Part shown: one piece after another, positions 47,295 to 56,929 of the stretch
How positions within the stretch are numbered: position 1 is the stretch's first letter
Layout: each line of letters starts with the position of its first letter
Source: Desulfosudaceae bacterium
GTDB lineage: Bacteria > Desulfobacterota > Desulfobacteria > Desulfobacterales > Desulfosudaceae
Reading direction: 5' to 3'
DNA: 64,000 nt
Assembly: GCA_963674745.2 (NCBI GenBank)
Contig: CAXXDV010000001.1
Span: 1,792,001 to 1,856,000, forward strand
Translations under genes and position numbers: made by a program
The notes under the pieces: generated by a model
What the model was told of the DNA's origin: nothing
The model's database searches: none
The model's input: the letters and a program-made list of their open reading frames with translations, nothing else

Positions 47295-47405
47295 AATCTG
47301 GTCCGATATGGCCTGGTCAGGCGGCTGTGAAGTTCCGGGGGAAGTGGGTGGCGCACCGGCAGGTTTATGGCTAGTCGTCAGGGTTTTTTTAAGGCAACTT
47401 TCAGA

Positions 47406-47891
47406 TCAGATTTTGTCTTTGATTTGTTCCCAGAACTCGCTGATGCCTTCCTTCCATCCTTCCAGGTAGGTTTTAACAAACACATTGACACAGACCGGGT
47501 CACTGCCCACGGCATAGTCCATAATGTCATCCTGTTTGATTTTTTCCTGAAAATAATGTCCCAGCACTTTATCATGAGTGGGTTTATCGTCGGGTGACCA
47601 GAGCAGGGCATATTGCAGGTCATCATAGTGGGCGCTTTTTGCCCATTGCAGGCCCTCTTTTTTGCCGACGTCAAAATAATTGTTTTCAGACTCGGCTTTT
47701 TCTTTTTTCAACCGTTCAATTACCGCGGTCTGGTCCAGTTCCTGCTGAATCCTGGAATGAAAATCTTCTTTTTTCTGAATCAGGGTTGATATGGCGCGCT
47801 GAAAGACTTTTGAAAAGTTTAAAGAATCTTTCCATTGCAGCATTTTTTCATAAAGATCATCCGGTACGCTGAGGGTCATTTTTTTGGCCAT
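47406..47891 (-). CDS. Hypothetical protein with N-terminal ribbon-helix-helix-like segment
   Basis: KKMTLSVPDDLYEKM...NFSKVFQRAI; SD GGAGG. Confidence 0.7.
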   Translation of the reverse strand: MAKKMTLSVPDDLYEKMLQWKDSLNFSKVFQRAISTLIQKKEDFHSRIQQELDQTAVIERLKKEKAESENNYFDVGKKEGLQWAKSAHYDDLQYALLWSPDDKPTHDKVLGHYFQEKIKQDDIMDYAVGSDPVCVNVFVKTYLEGWKEGISEFWEQIKDKI

Positions 47892-47932
47892 GACACACCT
47901 CCATTTTTTTTGTTAAGGGAGAATTAATTGAT

Positions 47933-47961
47933 AGCCTAACAAAAACAGCATTATGTGTCAA
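47933..47961 (-). promoter_or_regulatory. sigma70 promoter of the 47891 gene
   Basis: TTGACA-17 bp-TAGGCT with extended -10 TG. Confidence 0.6.
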
Positions 47962-48037
47962 ATTAATTGTACGTGCTGAATGAACTTATACTTCCTGTTT
48001 GTGGGTGCCGACGTTTTGTGCTTTTTGGGTTATATAG

Positions 48038-48106
48038 GGTTCAAGGATTCAAGGGTTCGAGGGGCCCCTTGCCCCATAAAACCCTGAACCCCGAACCTCA
48101 AACCTA
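48038..48106. repeat. Inverted octamer/heptamer tandem-repeat element
   Basis: GGGTTCAA-GGATTCAA-GGGTTCGA ... CCCTGAA-CCCCGAA-CCTCAAA. Confidence 0.7.
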
Positions 48107-50563
48107 AGCTATAAACGCCATATATTCCTCAACCGTGGGAATCCGGCCCAGCATGGCACAGGTGGCGGCCATTTCAGCAGACCCCAGAAAAACGCTGGTG
48201 TTGTCTCCCATGCGATGGGGAAAATTCCGGGTGGAAGTCGACATGACCGTCGTATCCGGTGCCACCCGTGCCTGGTTACCCATGCACAGGGAGCATCCGG
48301 GGATTTCAATCCTGGCGCCCAGCTGCTCGAAGAAATCCAGCAATTTTTCGGATGCCAGGGCGTCCCGGTCCATCCGCGTCGGCGGTGCCAGCCACAGGCG
48401 GGTTTTTAGTGCGGTTGCACGACGCAAAACGCGGGCCGCCTGCCGGAAATGGTCGATATTCGTCATGCAGGAGCCGATAAACACGTCATGTATTTCCGTT
48501 CCACACACAGCGGACAGCGGGCGGACATCATCGGGATCATTGGGACAGGCCAGTACGGGTTCCCTGAACCCGGAAAGGTCAACCTCGATTACGGCGGCAT
48601 AAGCGGCGTCTTCATCAGCCGTCAGCAGTTCCGGGGCCGCCAGCCAGGCGTCAATAGCCGCCACCCGGCGCCCAAGCGCGTCGGGATCCCGATATCCCGC
48701 CTCAATCAGCTGATTCAGGTCTTTTCTGTTGGCCTGCACGCAGTCGACGACCTGTTCCAGGTCAAGCTTGAAGGTCGCAGCTGCGGCGGATCGTTCCGCC
48801 GAAGCATCTGTCAGTTCAAAGGCCTGGGACACGGTCAGGTTTTCGCTGCTTTGGATTTCCATAATCCGGCCGGAAAATACGTTTTTCCTGTTTTCTTTGG
48901 CCACGGTCAGCAGTCCCTGCTGAATCGCGGCCAGGGGGATGATGTTGACCACGTCCCGCAGGGTGATGCCGGTCTGCCGTTGGCCGGATATTTTGACCAG
49001 TACGGATTCCGGCATGTCAAGGGGCATTTTGCCCATGGCCGCCGCGAATGCCACCAGCCCGGAACCGGCCGGAAAGCTGATACCCATGGGAAAACGTGTG
49101 TGGGAGTCGCCGCCTGTGCCCACGCTATTGGGCAGAAGCATACGGTTGATCCAGGAGTGAATGACACCGTCCCCCGGTTTTAAGGCGATCCCGCCCCGTT
49201 CGACAATAAACTGTGTCAGATCCCGGTGCATGATCCTGTCTTTGTCTGTGGGGTAAGCGGCTGTATGACAAAACGACTGCATGACCAGGTCGGCCTTGAA
49301 CGAGAGACAGGCCAACTCCTTTAATTCATCCCGCGTCATGCTGCCGGTTGTATCCTGAGATCCCACCGTTGTCAGTATCGGTTCACAATATTCCCCCGGA
49401 ACGATCCCTTTTTTCCCACAGGCCCGGCCGACAATCTTCTGGGCCAGCGTAAAACCGGTTGCCGGCGCTTCCGGCCGGGCCGGCCGTGCGAACACCTCTG
49501 ACGGCTCAAGCCCCAGGTCTTTGCGGGCCGTTTCGGTCAGGGTCCGGCCGACAATAAGGCGGATCCGTCCGCCGGCCCGGACTTCATCAAGCAATACGGG
49601 TGAAGGAAACGAAAAAACAGTTTTCCGGTCACCCCGGCTTTTGTTGATGATTTTACCCTGATAGGGGAAAAGGGTGATTTCGTCACCTGTCTGAAAGCCG
49701 GAGACATCACATGCGATGGGCAGGGCACCGGCGTCTTCTAAGGTATTGTAAAAAATCGGGGCGATTTTCCCTCCCAGCACCACGCCACCGCGACGTTTAT
49801 TGGGAACGCCGGGAATATCTTCTCCAATATACCAGACCAGAGAATTAACGGCTGACTTGCGTGACGATCCGGTGCCGACCACATCACCGACAAATACCAG
49901 CGGCAGCCCCTGCTTTTTCAGATCGGCGATCGTTGCCAGTGGGTCTGTTATCCGGCTTCGCAGCATGGATAAGGCATGCAATGGAATATCCGAGCGGGTG
50001 CCGGCTTCACCGGCCGGAGAAAAATCATCGGTCGTAATTTCACCGGCTACCCTGAAAATTATTAGATCGATGCTGTCCGCCAGGCCGGGTTTGTTTAAAA
50101 ACCATTCCGCATCAGCCCAGGACACCAGCACCTGCCGGGCGTAGGGATTGGCATCCGCCCGGGCTTTTACATCCTGATAGTCGTCGGCAATAAAAATGGC
50201 GTCTCTTAGTTGAGTCGCGGCCGGAGGCCCCAGGCGGTCATCATCCAGAAAGGCGATCAGGTGTTTGATGTTATAACCACCCAGCATCGTTCCCAGCAGC
50301 TTGATCGCCCGTTCATCATTGATCAACGGAGATTGTGACATTTGTTGCGCCAGAGCGGCCAGAAAATCGGCTTTTACCTTTGCGGCCGGGTCGACTCCCG
50401 GCGGCACCCGGTTTTCAATCAGATTCAGCAAAAGGCCTTCGGTGCCGGCGGGCGGTTGCTGCAGCAACCGGCAAACCGCCGCTGTCTGTTCTTCATCAAG
50501 GGGCAAAGGCGGCAGACCCTTTATATTTCGGGTTTCGGCATCTTTTTTATATTCCTCAATCAT
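48104..50563 (-). CDS. acnB: Aconitate hydratase B / 2-methylisocitrate dehydratase
   Basis: RVPPGVDPAA, GTGSSRKSA, QDTTG, QSFCH, GSCMTN, PGCSLCMGNQAR. Confidence 0.95.
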   Translation of the reverse strand: MIEEYKKDAETRNIKGLPPLPLDEEQTAAVCRLLQQPPAGTEGLLLNLIENRVPPGVDPAAKVKADFLAALAQQMSQSPLINDERAIKLLGTMLGGYNIKHLIAFLDDDRLGPPAATQLRDAIFIADDYQDVKARADANPYARQVLVSWADAEWFLNKPGLADSIDLIIFRVAGEITTDDFSPAGEAGTRSDIPLHALSMLRSRITDPLATIADLKKQGLPLVFVGDVVGTGSSRKSAVNSLVWYIGEDIPGVPNKRRGGVVLGGKIAPIFYNTLEDAGALPIACDVSGFQTGDEITLFPYQGKIINKSRGDRKTVFSFPSPVLLDEVRAGGRIRLIVGRTLTETARKDLGLEPSEVFARPARPEAPATGFTLAQKIVGRACGKKGIVPGEYCEPILTTVGSQDTTGSMTRDELKELACLSFKADLVMQSFCHTAAYPTDKDRIMHRDLTQFIVERGGIALKPGDGVIHSWINRMLLPNSVGTGGDSHTRFPMGISFPAGSGLVAFAAAMGKMPLDMPESVLVKISGQRQTGITLRDVVNIIPLAAIQQGLLTVAKENRKNVFSGRIMEIQSSENLTVSQAFELTDASAERSAAAATFKLDLEQVVDCVQANRKDLNQLIEAGYRDPDALGRRVAAIDAWLAAPELLTADEDAAYAAVIEVDLSGFREPVLACPNDPDDVRPLSAVCGTEIHDVFIGSCMTNIDHFRQAARVLRRATALKTRLWLAPPTRMDRDALASEKLLDFFEQLGARIEIPGCSLCMGNQARVAPDTTVMSTSTRNFPHRMGDNTSVFLGSAEMAATCAMLGRIPTVEEYMAFIA

Positions 50564-50799
50564 AACAATCTCCCTGAAATTTTATATCTGTCAGTGGTTT
50601 TGTCCATGGTAACTGCCTGTTTCCGGCATCCCGGCAATTATCCCAAAAACGACATCAGCCAACAAGAGCTAATATGAAGATTTATATTGACAAAAAAAAT
50701 AACAAAACCTATTTTAATAATTTTTACCGGCTGAGATATACCGGCATCGACTAATGCCTTTTTCATAACCAGCACGAATATCGAAAGGAGATTTAAAAA

Positions 50800-52080
50800 A
50801 TGAGTAACTTGATTGCGCCGCATGGCGGCAAAGGCCTGACCGTCTGCCTTCTGGAAGGCAGCGAACTGGAAGCGGAAAAGAAAAAAGCCGAAGGGCTGAA
50901 AAAAATTCCCTTAAGCCCCCGGGCCAAAGGTGACCTGATCATGATCGGTATCGGCGGTTTCAGCCCCCTGACCGGTTTTATGACCAAAGCCGACTGGAAG
51001 AGTGTTTGTGACAACTACCTTCTGGCCGATGGCACCTTCTGGCCGGTCCCTGTCTGCCTTGATGCCACCAAAGAAGATGCTGACGGCATTAAAGAGGGTG
51101 ACGAAGTCGCCCTGGTGGATCCGGAAACCGATGAGATCATGGCGACCATGAAGGTCACGGAAAAAGCCGAAATGACCGAAGCAGATAAAAAGTATGAGTG
51201 TGAAAAGGTCTTCATGGGCGAAGGCACCCCGACAGCGGAAGAGTTCTGGAAAATCGCCCAGGATGATCATCCCGGCGTCCAGATGGTCATGAGCCAGAAT
51301 CCGGTCAACCTGGCCGGTCCGGTAAAAGTCCTGTCCGAAGGTGAATATCCGGTGAAATACAAGGAAGTTTATCACCGACCGGCTGAATCCAGAGAAATAT
51401 TTGAGAAAAACGGCTGGAAAGAAGTTGCGGCGCTTCAGCTGAGAAATCCCATGCACCGCTCCCATGAGCATCTGTGCAAAATCGCGGTAGACGTCTGTGA
51501 CGGCGTTTATATTCACTCCCTGGTGGGAAACCTCAAAGCCGGCGATATTCCCGCGGAAGTTCGCGTAAGATGCATCGACGCGCTGGTGAAAAACTACTTT
51601 GTGGAAAAGAATGTTGTCCAGGGCGGCTATCCGCTGGATATGCGCTATGCCGGTCCCCGGGAAGCGCTGCTTCACGCCACCTTCCGCCAGAACTACGGCT
51701 GCTCCAGAATGATCATCGGCCGCGACCACGCCGGCGTTGGTGACTTCTATGGCATGTTCGAAGCCCAGACGATTTTCGACAAGATCCCGACCCCGTCGGA
51801 ACCCGGCAAAGCCCTGCTTTGTACGCCGCTGAAAATTGACTGGACATTTTATTGCCACAAATGCGACGGCATGGCCTCCCTGAGAACCTGTCCGCATTCC
51901 AAGGAAGACCGTGTTATGCTGTCCGGCACCATGCTGCGTAAGGGCCTGTCCGAAGGTACCCCGCTTCCCGATCATTTCGGTCGTGAAGAAGTCCTGGATA
52001 TCCTTCGCGAATATTACAGCGGCCTGACCGAAAAAGTGGAAATCAAAACCCACAAAGCGGCTACCGGTCAAGGTCAATAA
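50800..52080 (+). CDS. sat: Sulfate adenylyltransferase
   Basis: [35 protein letters not shown]. Confidence 0.96.
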   Translation: MSNLIAPHGGKGLTVCLLEGSELEAEKKKAEGLKKIPLSPRAKGDLIMIGIGGFSPLTGFMTKADWKSVCDNYLLADGTFWPVPVCLDATKEDADGIKEGDEVALVDPETDEIMATMKVTEKAEMTEADKKYECEKVFMGEGTPTAEEFWKIAQDDHPGVQMVMSQNPVNLAGPVKVLSEGEYPVKYKEVYHRPAESREIFEKNGWKEVAALQLRNPMHRSHEHLCKIAVDVCDGVYIHSLVGNLKAGDIPAEVRVRCIDALVKNYFVEKNVVQGGYPLDMRYAGPREALLHATFRQNYGCSRMIIGRDHAGVGDFYGMFEAQTIFDKIPTPSEPGKALLCTPLKIDWTFYCHKCDGMASLRTCPHSKEDRVMLSGTMLRKGLSEGTPLPDHFGREEVLDILREYYSGLTEKVEIKTHKAATGQGQ

Positions 52081-52107
52081 ACCGCAAGTAAGAAGTAACA
52101 CACAAAT

Positions 52108-52142
52108 AGCGCTGGAGGATTATTTCCTCCAGCGCTTTTTTT
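52108..52142 (+). terminator. Intrinsic terminator of sat
   Basis: AGCGCTGGAGGA-TTATT-TCCTCCAGCGCT followed by a T run. Confidence 0.9.
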
Positions 52143-52256
52143 ATGGCTTGTTAAACACAAAATTTTTTAACAGTCAAAATTTTTACGGTAATTTGAATTT
52201 TCAGAAGGCTCATATTGTGCTAAAGTTTTGTTTCGCAATATGGGGAGCAGCAGATT

Positions 52257-52796
52257 ATGTCGGCGTGGTTGAGACGATGGCGTAGAAAACAGGAAAGCAT
52301 GAGGCATTCTCTGCGGAATACCTTTGTCCATCGTCTTCTGGGAGAACGAATTTTTCAGAAGCATTTCTGGGGGTTTGACGTTAATTCCCTGGCCGGTGGA
52401 TTTTCTCTGGGCCTTTTTGTGGCCTTTACGCCGACCATCCCGTTTCAAATGCTTTTTGCCGCGTTTGCCGCCGTCGCGTTACGCGTAAATCTCCCAATAT
52501 CTTTGATCGCCTGCTGGGTCACCAACCCTTTTACCGCCCTGCCGATTTTTCTGGCCGCCCGTCAGCTCGGCCGGTTTTTGCTGAAAGATTCCTGGCTGAC
52601 CGGATTCATCCTGGAAATATTCGGATTCGGCAGTAAAACAGGGCTGTTTATGGAAAACAGCCTGTATCTCTGGGCCGGATCCCTTATTTTCGCCATTATT
52701 GCGGCTGTGTCGGGGAATATTGCCGTTCGCATTATGTGGCGCCTGACCTACGAGGTTAAAGAAAAAATTGTCCAGCATGAAAGCAAAACCAAATGA
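52257..52796 (+). CDS. DUF2062 membrane protein
   Basis: SLAGGFSLGLFVAFTP..PFQM, RVNLP, WVTNPFT. Confidence 0.85.
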   Translation: MSAWLRRWRRKQESMRHSLRNTFVHRLLGERIFQKHFWGFDVNSLAGGFSLGLFVAFTPTIPFQMLFAAFAAVALRVNLPISLIACWVTNPFTALPIFLAARQLGRFLLKDSWLTGFILEIFGFGSKTGLFMENSLYLWAGSLIFAIIAAVSGNIAVRIMWRLTYEVKEKIVQHESKTK

Positions 52797-52824
52797 TGAA
52801 GTGACCCACCCCTGATCTTAATTT

Positions 52825-53445
52825 ATGGATAAATTCCAGAGTTATGATGTGCTGCGAAAGCATTATCGCCTGGGCCAGGATTTTGTCATCCTGACGCGCC
52901 AAGCGGATAGCCGGCTGGCTTTAATGGCCCCGCACGGAGGCGGTATTGAGCCGGGAACAGTCGATATTGCCGACGCCATAGCCGGAAGCGACTTTACCTT
53001 TTATGCCTTTAAAGGCATCCGGAAAAGCGGCAACCGCGTCCTGCATCTTAAGAGTAACCGGTTTGACGAGCCCATGGGCGTGGCGGTTGCGGCCAGAGCC
53101 GAGATCGTCATGACGATTCACGGTTGCCAGGGGCGGGAGCAGGCCATACTGGTCGGCGGACGCCGGAGCCCTTTAAAGGAAAACATCTGCCGGTATTTGG
53201 GGCAGGCCGGATTCCAGGCACGAATTTGCACCACAAAAGGCCTTCGTGGGGTTGATCCGGAAAATATCTGTAACCGGTTCTCTACTCAGGGCGGTATCCA
53301 GCTGGAGCTGACCCGCGGCTTGCGGGAGGCCATGTTTCATCACCTGGAAAGACGCTCGTTAAGAGGAAAAACGTTGTTTTTTTTCAGTTTTATAAAAGCT
53401 GTCAGGCAACCATTGCTGGAACATATGGAGGCGTTAGAACCATAA
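52825..53445 (+). CDS. Poly-gamma-glutamate hydrolase family protein (DUF867)
   Basis: APHGGGIEPGT, LH..S.RFDEP, IHG, NICNR, GIQLEL. Confidence 0.85.
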   Translation: MDKFQSYDVLRKHYRLGQDFVILTRQADSRLALMAPHGGGIEPGTVDIADAIAGSDFTFYAFKGIRKSGNRVLHLKSNRFDEPMGVAVAARAEIVMTIHGCQGREQAILVGGRRSPLKENICRYLGQAGFQARICTTKGLRGVDPENICNRFSTQGGIQLELTRGLREAMFHHLERRSLRGKTLFFFSFIKAVRQPLLEHMEALEP

Positions 53446-53459
53446 CGGGAGCCACGGGC

Positions 53460-53515
53460 GTAGGGGCGACCGGCGGGTCGCCCTTTCACACGGGCGACCC
53501 GCCGGTCGCCCCTAC
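53460..53515. repeat. Inverted REP doublet (REPIN-like)
   Basis: GTAGGGGCGACCGGCGGGTCGCCC-8 nt-GGGCGACCCGCCGGTCGCCCCTAC, a perfect 24-bp inverted pair. Confidence 0.9.
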
Positions 53516-53548
53516 TGGATCCGGGCTCACGTGGGAGAAGAACCCAAA

Positions 53549-54274
53549 ATGAAAACAGTTAAAGAGGAGAGAACGGGCCTGGCCTGGCCGCCGCTGCTGG
53601 CCGGTACGCTGGTTAAGCGCTATAAACGGTTTCTGGCCGATGTGAGGTTGAAAAACAATCATGTGGTCACCGCCCACTGCCCCAATTCCGGGGCCATGCT
53701 GACCTGTTCGGAACCCGGTCGGCCGGTCTATATTTCCCGCCAGGACAAGCCAGGCCGAAAACTGAAGTATACCTGGGAATTGATTGAAATGCCCGGATCT
53801 TTGGTGGGGGTAAATACCCAGGTCCCCAACCGGCTGGTGAAGCAGTCCATTGAAGCCGGACTGGTAGGGCCCCTGTCCGGGTATGAGATCGTTAAACCGG
53901 AAATCAAGGTCGGAGATCATTCCCGGCTGGATCTGATGTTAAGCGCAAAAAACCGGCCGCCCTGCTATGTGGAGATTAAAAACTGTACCCTGGTGACCGA
54001 TGGCGAGGCCTGTTTCCCGGATGCCGTTACCACCCGGGGGAGAAAACATCTCGAAGAGTTGATTGCCCTGGTTGCCGGGGGGAACCGTTGTGCCATGTTT
54101 TTTCTGATTCAGCGCATGGATGCGGCTTTTTTCAGGCCGGCCGACCATATTGACCCGGAATATGGCAAGGCCCTGAGAAAAGCGGCCAAAAAAGGTGTGG
54201 AAATACTGGCCTGGGATGTAAGCATCGACTTAGAAGTGATCGCCCTTAACCGCCCGGTTCCTTGTCAATTATAA
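53549..54274 (+). CDS. sfsA: DNA/RNA nuclease SfsA
   Basis: KRYKRFLADV, AHCPNSG, SRLD, VEIKNCTL, FPDAVTTRGRKHL. Confidence 0.93.
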   Translation: MKTVKEERTGLAWPPLLAGTLVKRYKRFLADVRLKNNHVVTAHCPNSGAMLTCSEPGRPVYISRQDKPGRKLKYTWELIEMPGSLVGVNTQVPNRLVKQSIEAGLVGPLSGYEIVKPEIKVGDHSRLDLMLSAKNRPPCYVEIKNCTLVTDGEACFPDAVTTRGRKHLEELIALVAGGNRCAMFFLIQRMDAAFFRPADHIDPEYGKALRKAAKKGVEILAWDVSIDLEVIALNRPVPCQL

Positions 54275-54351
54275 TATCAGGTTTTCCTCATTAAAAAGCC
54301 CCGCCCCTTACTTCGTCGAGTCCTGCCCCCGCAAAGCGGGCCACCCCCACT

Positions 54352-54408
54352 TCTCAAACCCCGACCACCTAAACACTTAAACACATAACCACATAATCAC
54401 CTAAAACC
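54352..54408 (-). repeat. CA-rich (plus strand) octamer tandem tract
   Basis: ACCACCTA-AACACTTA-AACACATA-ACCACATA-ATCACCTA, same family as the tracts at 31040 and 43150. Confidence 0.7.
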
Positions 54409-54476
54409 TTTCAGGTAAAAAAACGGCTGCGGTTACTAACATGGCTGATTTCGAATGGCCGGACGCGTAACAAATG

Positions 54477-56243
54477 CTATTCGCCGGTGTTCAGTTCCGG
54501 ATGAATTTCCAGGAACCGGTATAAGGTTGCCCGGCCCACGCCCAGCAGGCGGGCGGCTTTGGATTTGTTGTCTCCGGTTTTTTTCAGGGCGGCTTTAACG
54601 GCGGCTAAGTCCAGTTTCCGGGACGGGCCCCGCTGACCGTTGTAATTTTCCTGCTTCATCAGTTCAAGGGGCAGGTCGGCCGGCGTGATGAGATTGTCCC
54701 GACACTTGATGACCGCAAATTGAATGGCGTTCTCCAGCTCCCGGACATTGCCCGGCCACTGGTAATCCATGATTGCGGCCAGTGCTTCGTCGGACATTTC
54801 CGGTCGTTTGCCGCCGTTGCGGTTATACTCGGCGTTTAGAAAGTGGCGGACCAGCAGGGGAATATCGTTCTTACGGTTACGCAAAGGCGGCAGCATGATG
54901 GGAATGACATTAATACGGTAAAACAGGTCATCCCGGAAGTTGCCGTTTTCCACTTCCTTTTTCAAATCCTTGTTGGAGGCGCTGACAATCCGTACATCAG
55001 CGCTGAAGATTTTTTCACTGCCCACTTTTTCCAGGACGCCTTCCTGTAAAAACCGCAGCAGTTTGACCTGAACCGTTTTGGGCAGCTCCGCGATTTCATC
55101 CAGGAAGATCGTTCCCTTGTCGGCCAGCTCAAAACGTCCTTTTTTATCCCGCACGGCTCCTGAAAAAGAGCCTTTCATGTGCCCGAACAGTTCGCTTTCC
55201 ACCAACCCTTCCGGCAGGGCGCCGCAATTTATCGGGACAAACAGGTTGTCCCGGCGTGTGCTTTCGGTGTGGATGGCCCGGGCCACCAGCTCCTTGCCGG
55301 TGCCGGTCTCTCCGAAAATATGAACCGGCGCGTCATACGCGGCCAGATCCCGGATCTGCTGGAAGACCTGCTTCATGGCCGGGGTTTGCCCGATAATACC
55401 GGCAAAGCGGTGCGGACCGTTATCTTTGTTGAAACCATCACGATTCAGGTCGGTTTTATCAAACAGGGAGGCCACCACGCCCCGCATTTTACCGTCCGGC
55501 CCCCGCATCGGTACGACGGTAACGTCCAGCTCTTTTCTTTCGCCTTTAACTTCGGGCACCACGGTCGAATAACATTTCTTCTGGAACCCGGTAATTTGAT
55601 TTGTGTCGCAAAAAGAACAGTTTTCCCCGCACAACCGGGGCTGAAACACCTCATAGCAGTCTTTACCGATGGCCTCGGTAGCCGATACGCCGGTCAGCCG
55701 CTCGGCGCCGCGGGAAAAGAAGAAAATGGTTCTGTTCAGGTCATGGGCCATGACCCCTTCGGCCAGGTTGTCGATAATCCGGTCCGTGTTCTGTTTGTGC
55801 AGGAGGAAGGCGTCAAAATACCCCCGGTTGAACAGATTAAAAACCAGTTGTTGAATTTCCTTGGCTGTTTTTTGAAAGGCTTCCAGTGCGCGCGGACTTT
55901 TTTCATCGTGAACGGCCGGATCGTCCAGTCCCCAGTGAACATTGGCCGGAGAGCCGGCCACAGCCGGGCAGTCTTTTTCATATGTTATGGGTGAGCAGAG
56001 TGAGATGGCCAGGTCAAACTCGAGTGGATGAAGATCCTGGAGGTTTTTGGGGGACTGGTCAGAAAGGTCGATACCGTATTCCTTCATCACGGTAACAGCC
56101 AGGGGATGGATCTTCGTTGCCGGTTCTGTCCCGGCGCTGTATACGGCCACACCCTCAGGGGCCATTTGCCTGGCAAACCCTTCGGCTATCTGGCTTCGGG
56201 CGGAATTCCGTCTGCAGATAAATAGAACCGCACCCTTTTTCAT
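54477..56243 (-). CDS. sigma54 activator with N-terminal ArsC/LMW-PTP domain and PAS domain
   Basis: CRRNSARSQ, HWGLDDP; PAS; GETGTGKE, GSFSGA, WPGNVREL; Fis HTH. Confidence 0.9.
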   Translation of the reverse strand: MKKGAVLFICRRNSARSQIAEGFARQMAPEGVAVYSAGTEPATKIHPLAVTVMKEYGIDLSDQSPKNLQDLHPLEFDLAISLCSPITYEKDCPAVAGSPANVHWGLDDPAVHDEKSPRALEAFQKTAKEIQQLVFNLFNRGYFDAFLLHKQNTDRIIDNLAEGVMAHDLNRTIFFFSRGAERLTGVSATEAIGKDCYEVFQPRLCGENCSFCDTNQITGFQKKCYSTVVPEVKGERKELDVTVVPMRGPDGKMRGVVASLFDKTDLNRDGFNKDNGPHRFAGIIGQTPAMKQVFQQIRDLAAYDAPVHIFGETGTGKELVARAIHTESTRRDNLFVPINCGALPEGLVESELFGHMKGSFSGAVRDKKGRFELADKGTIFLDEIAELPKTVQVKLLRFLQEGVLEKVGSEKIFSADVRIVSASNKDLKKEVENGNFRDDLFYRINVIPIMLPPLRNRKNDIPLLVRHFLNAEYNRNGGKRPEMSDEALAAIMDYQWPGNVRELENAIQFAVIKCRDNLITPADLPLELMKQENYNGQRGPSRKLDLAAVKAALKKTGDNKSKAARLLGVGRATLYRFLEIHPELNTGE

Positions 56244-56349
56244 GCCCCTGTTTTCCTTGTGATAAACCGTTTAAAACTACCTGACGAATTCGTAACAAGC
56301 TAACATTTTGAGTTTTTTAATAAGCTTTCAAAGCCCTGCTGAATTTATA

Positions 56350-56378
56350 AAAATATATCATTCCCGGCTTTATGTCAA
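56350..56378 (-). promoter_or_regulatory. Candidate sigma70 promoter of the ArsC-activator gene
   Basis: TTGACA-17 bp-TATTTT. Confidence 0.45.
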
Positions 56379-56419
56379 TAGGTTGCGGGCCCTGTCCGAA
56401 TTCGTCTTTTTTTCAAAAA

Positions 56420-56448
56420 TTGACTCAATACCCTTGACACGATATTCT
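56420..56448 (+). promoter_or_regulatory. Candidate sigma70 promoter upstream of the gltA leader
   Basis: TTGACT-17 bp-TATTCT. Confidence 0.5.
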
Positions 56449-56929
56449 TTTGAATTATTTTTTTTTAAAATACATATCATCAGAGTATTAACCACACATC
56501 GGTTGCATCCCTTATTTTATTGAAAGGAGGCAAACAATGTCTGGAAACAAATTCACATAAAAGATGAAAATCTGTTTGCTCTGGGAACGGGTGGCGATCC
56601 TGACACGTTAAGCACGAAAGTTTTTCCCGGAATTGACAGGACTTTGCCCGCCCACGCTTCCCCGAATAAAGAATTGAGTTAAGCATACTGGAGGATGTTT
56701 TCAGGAATACATCCTCCATATCAAGCGTATTGTCATGCCTTTCCTTGTATGACGGAACAGGTGAAAGGCGGTCGCTATGACAATAAACACAAAATACAAA
56801 AAATGGCTTTGATTGTTGCTAACGGCCTGTGCGTTGCCGGTGTGGCCCCCGGTACCGCCCTTTTCCCGGCACGCCCATGAACCCTTCAAAAAAATGGAGA
56901 AAATGCGTTTTTGAGGAGAAATTGCACCC

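Noticed and set aside
50688..50707. Rex operator in the sat promoter (TTGACAAAAAAAATAACAAA)
   Set aside because: Only one half resembles TTCACAA; too degenerate to call by eye
50911..52101. 396-aa minus-strand ORF
   Set aside because: Antisense shadow of the highly biased sat gene; no recognisable motifs
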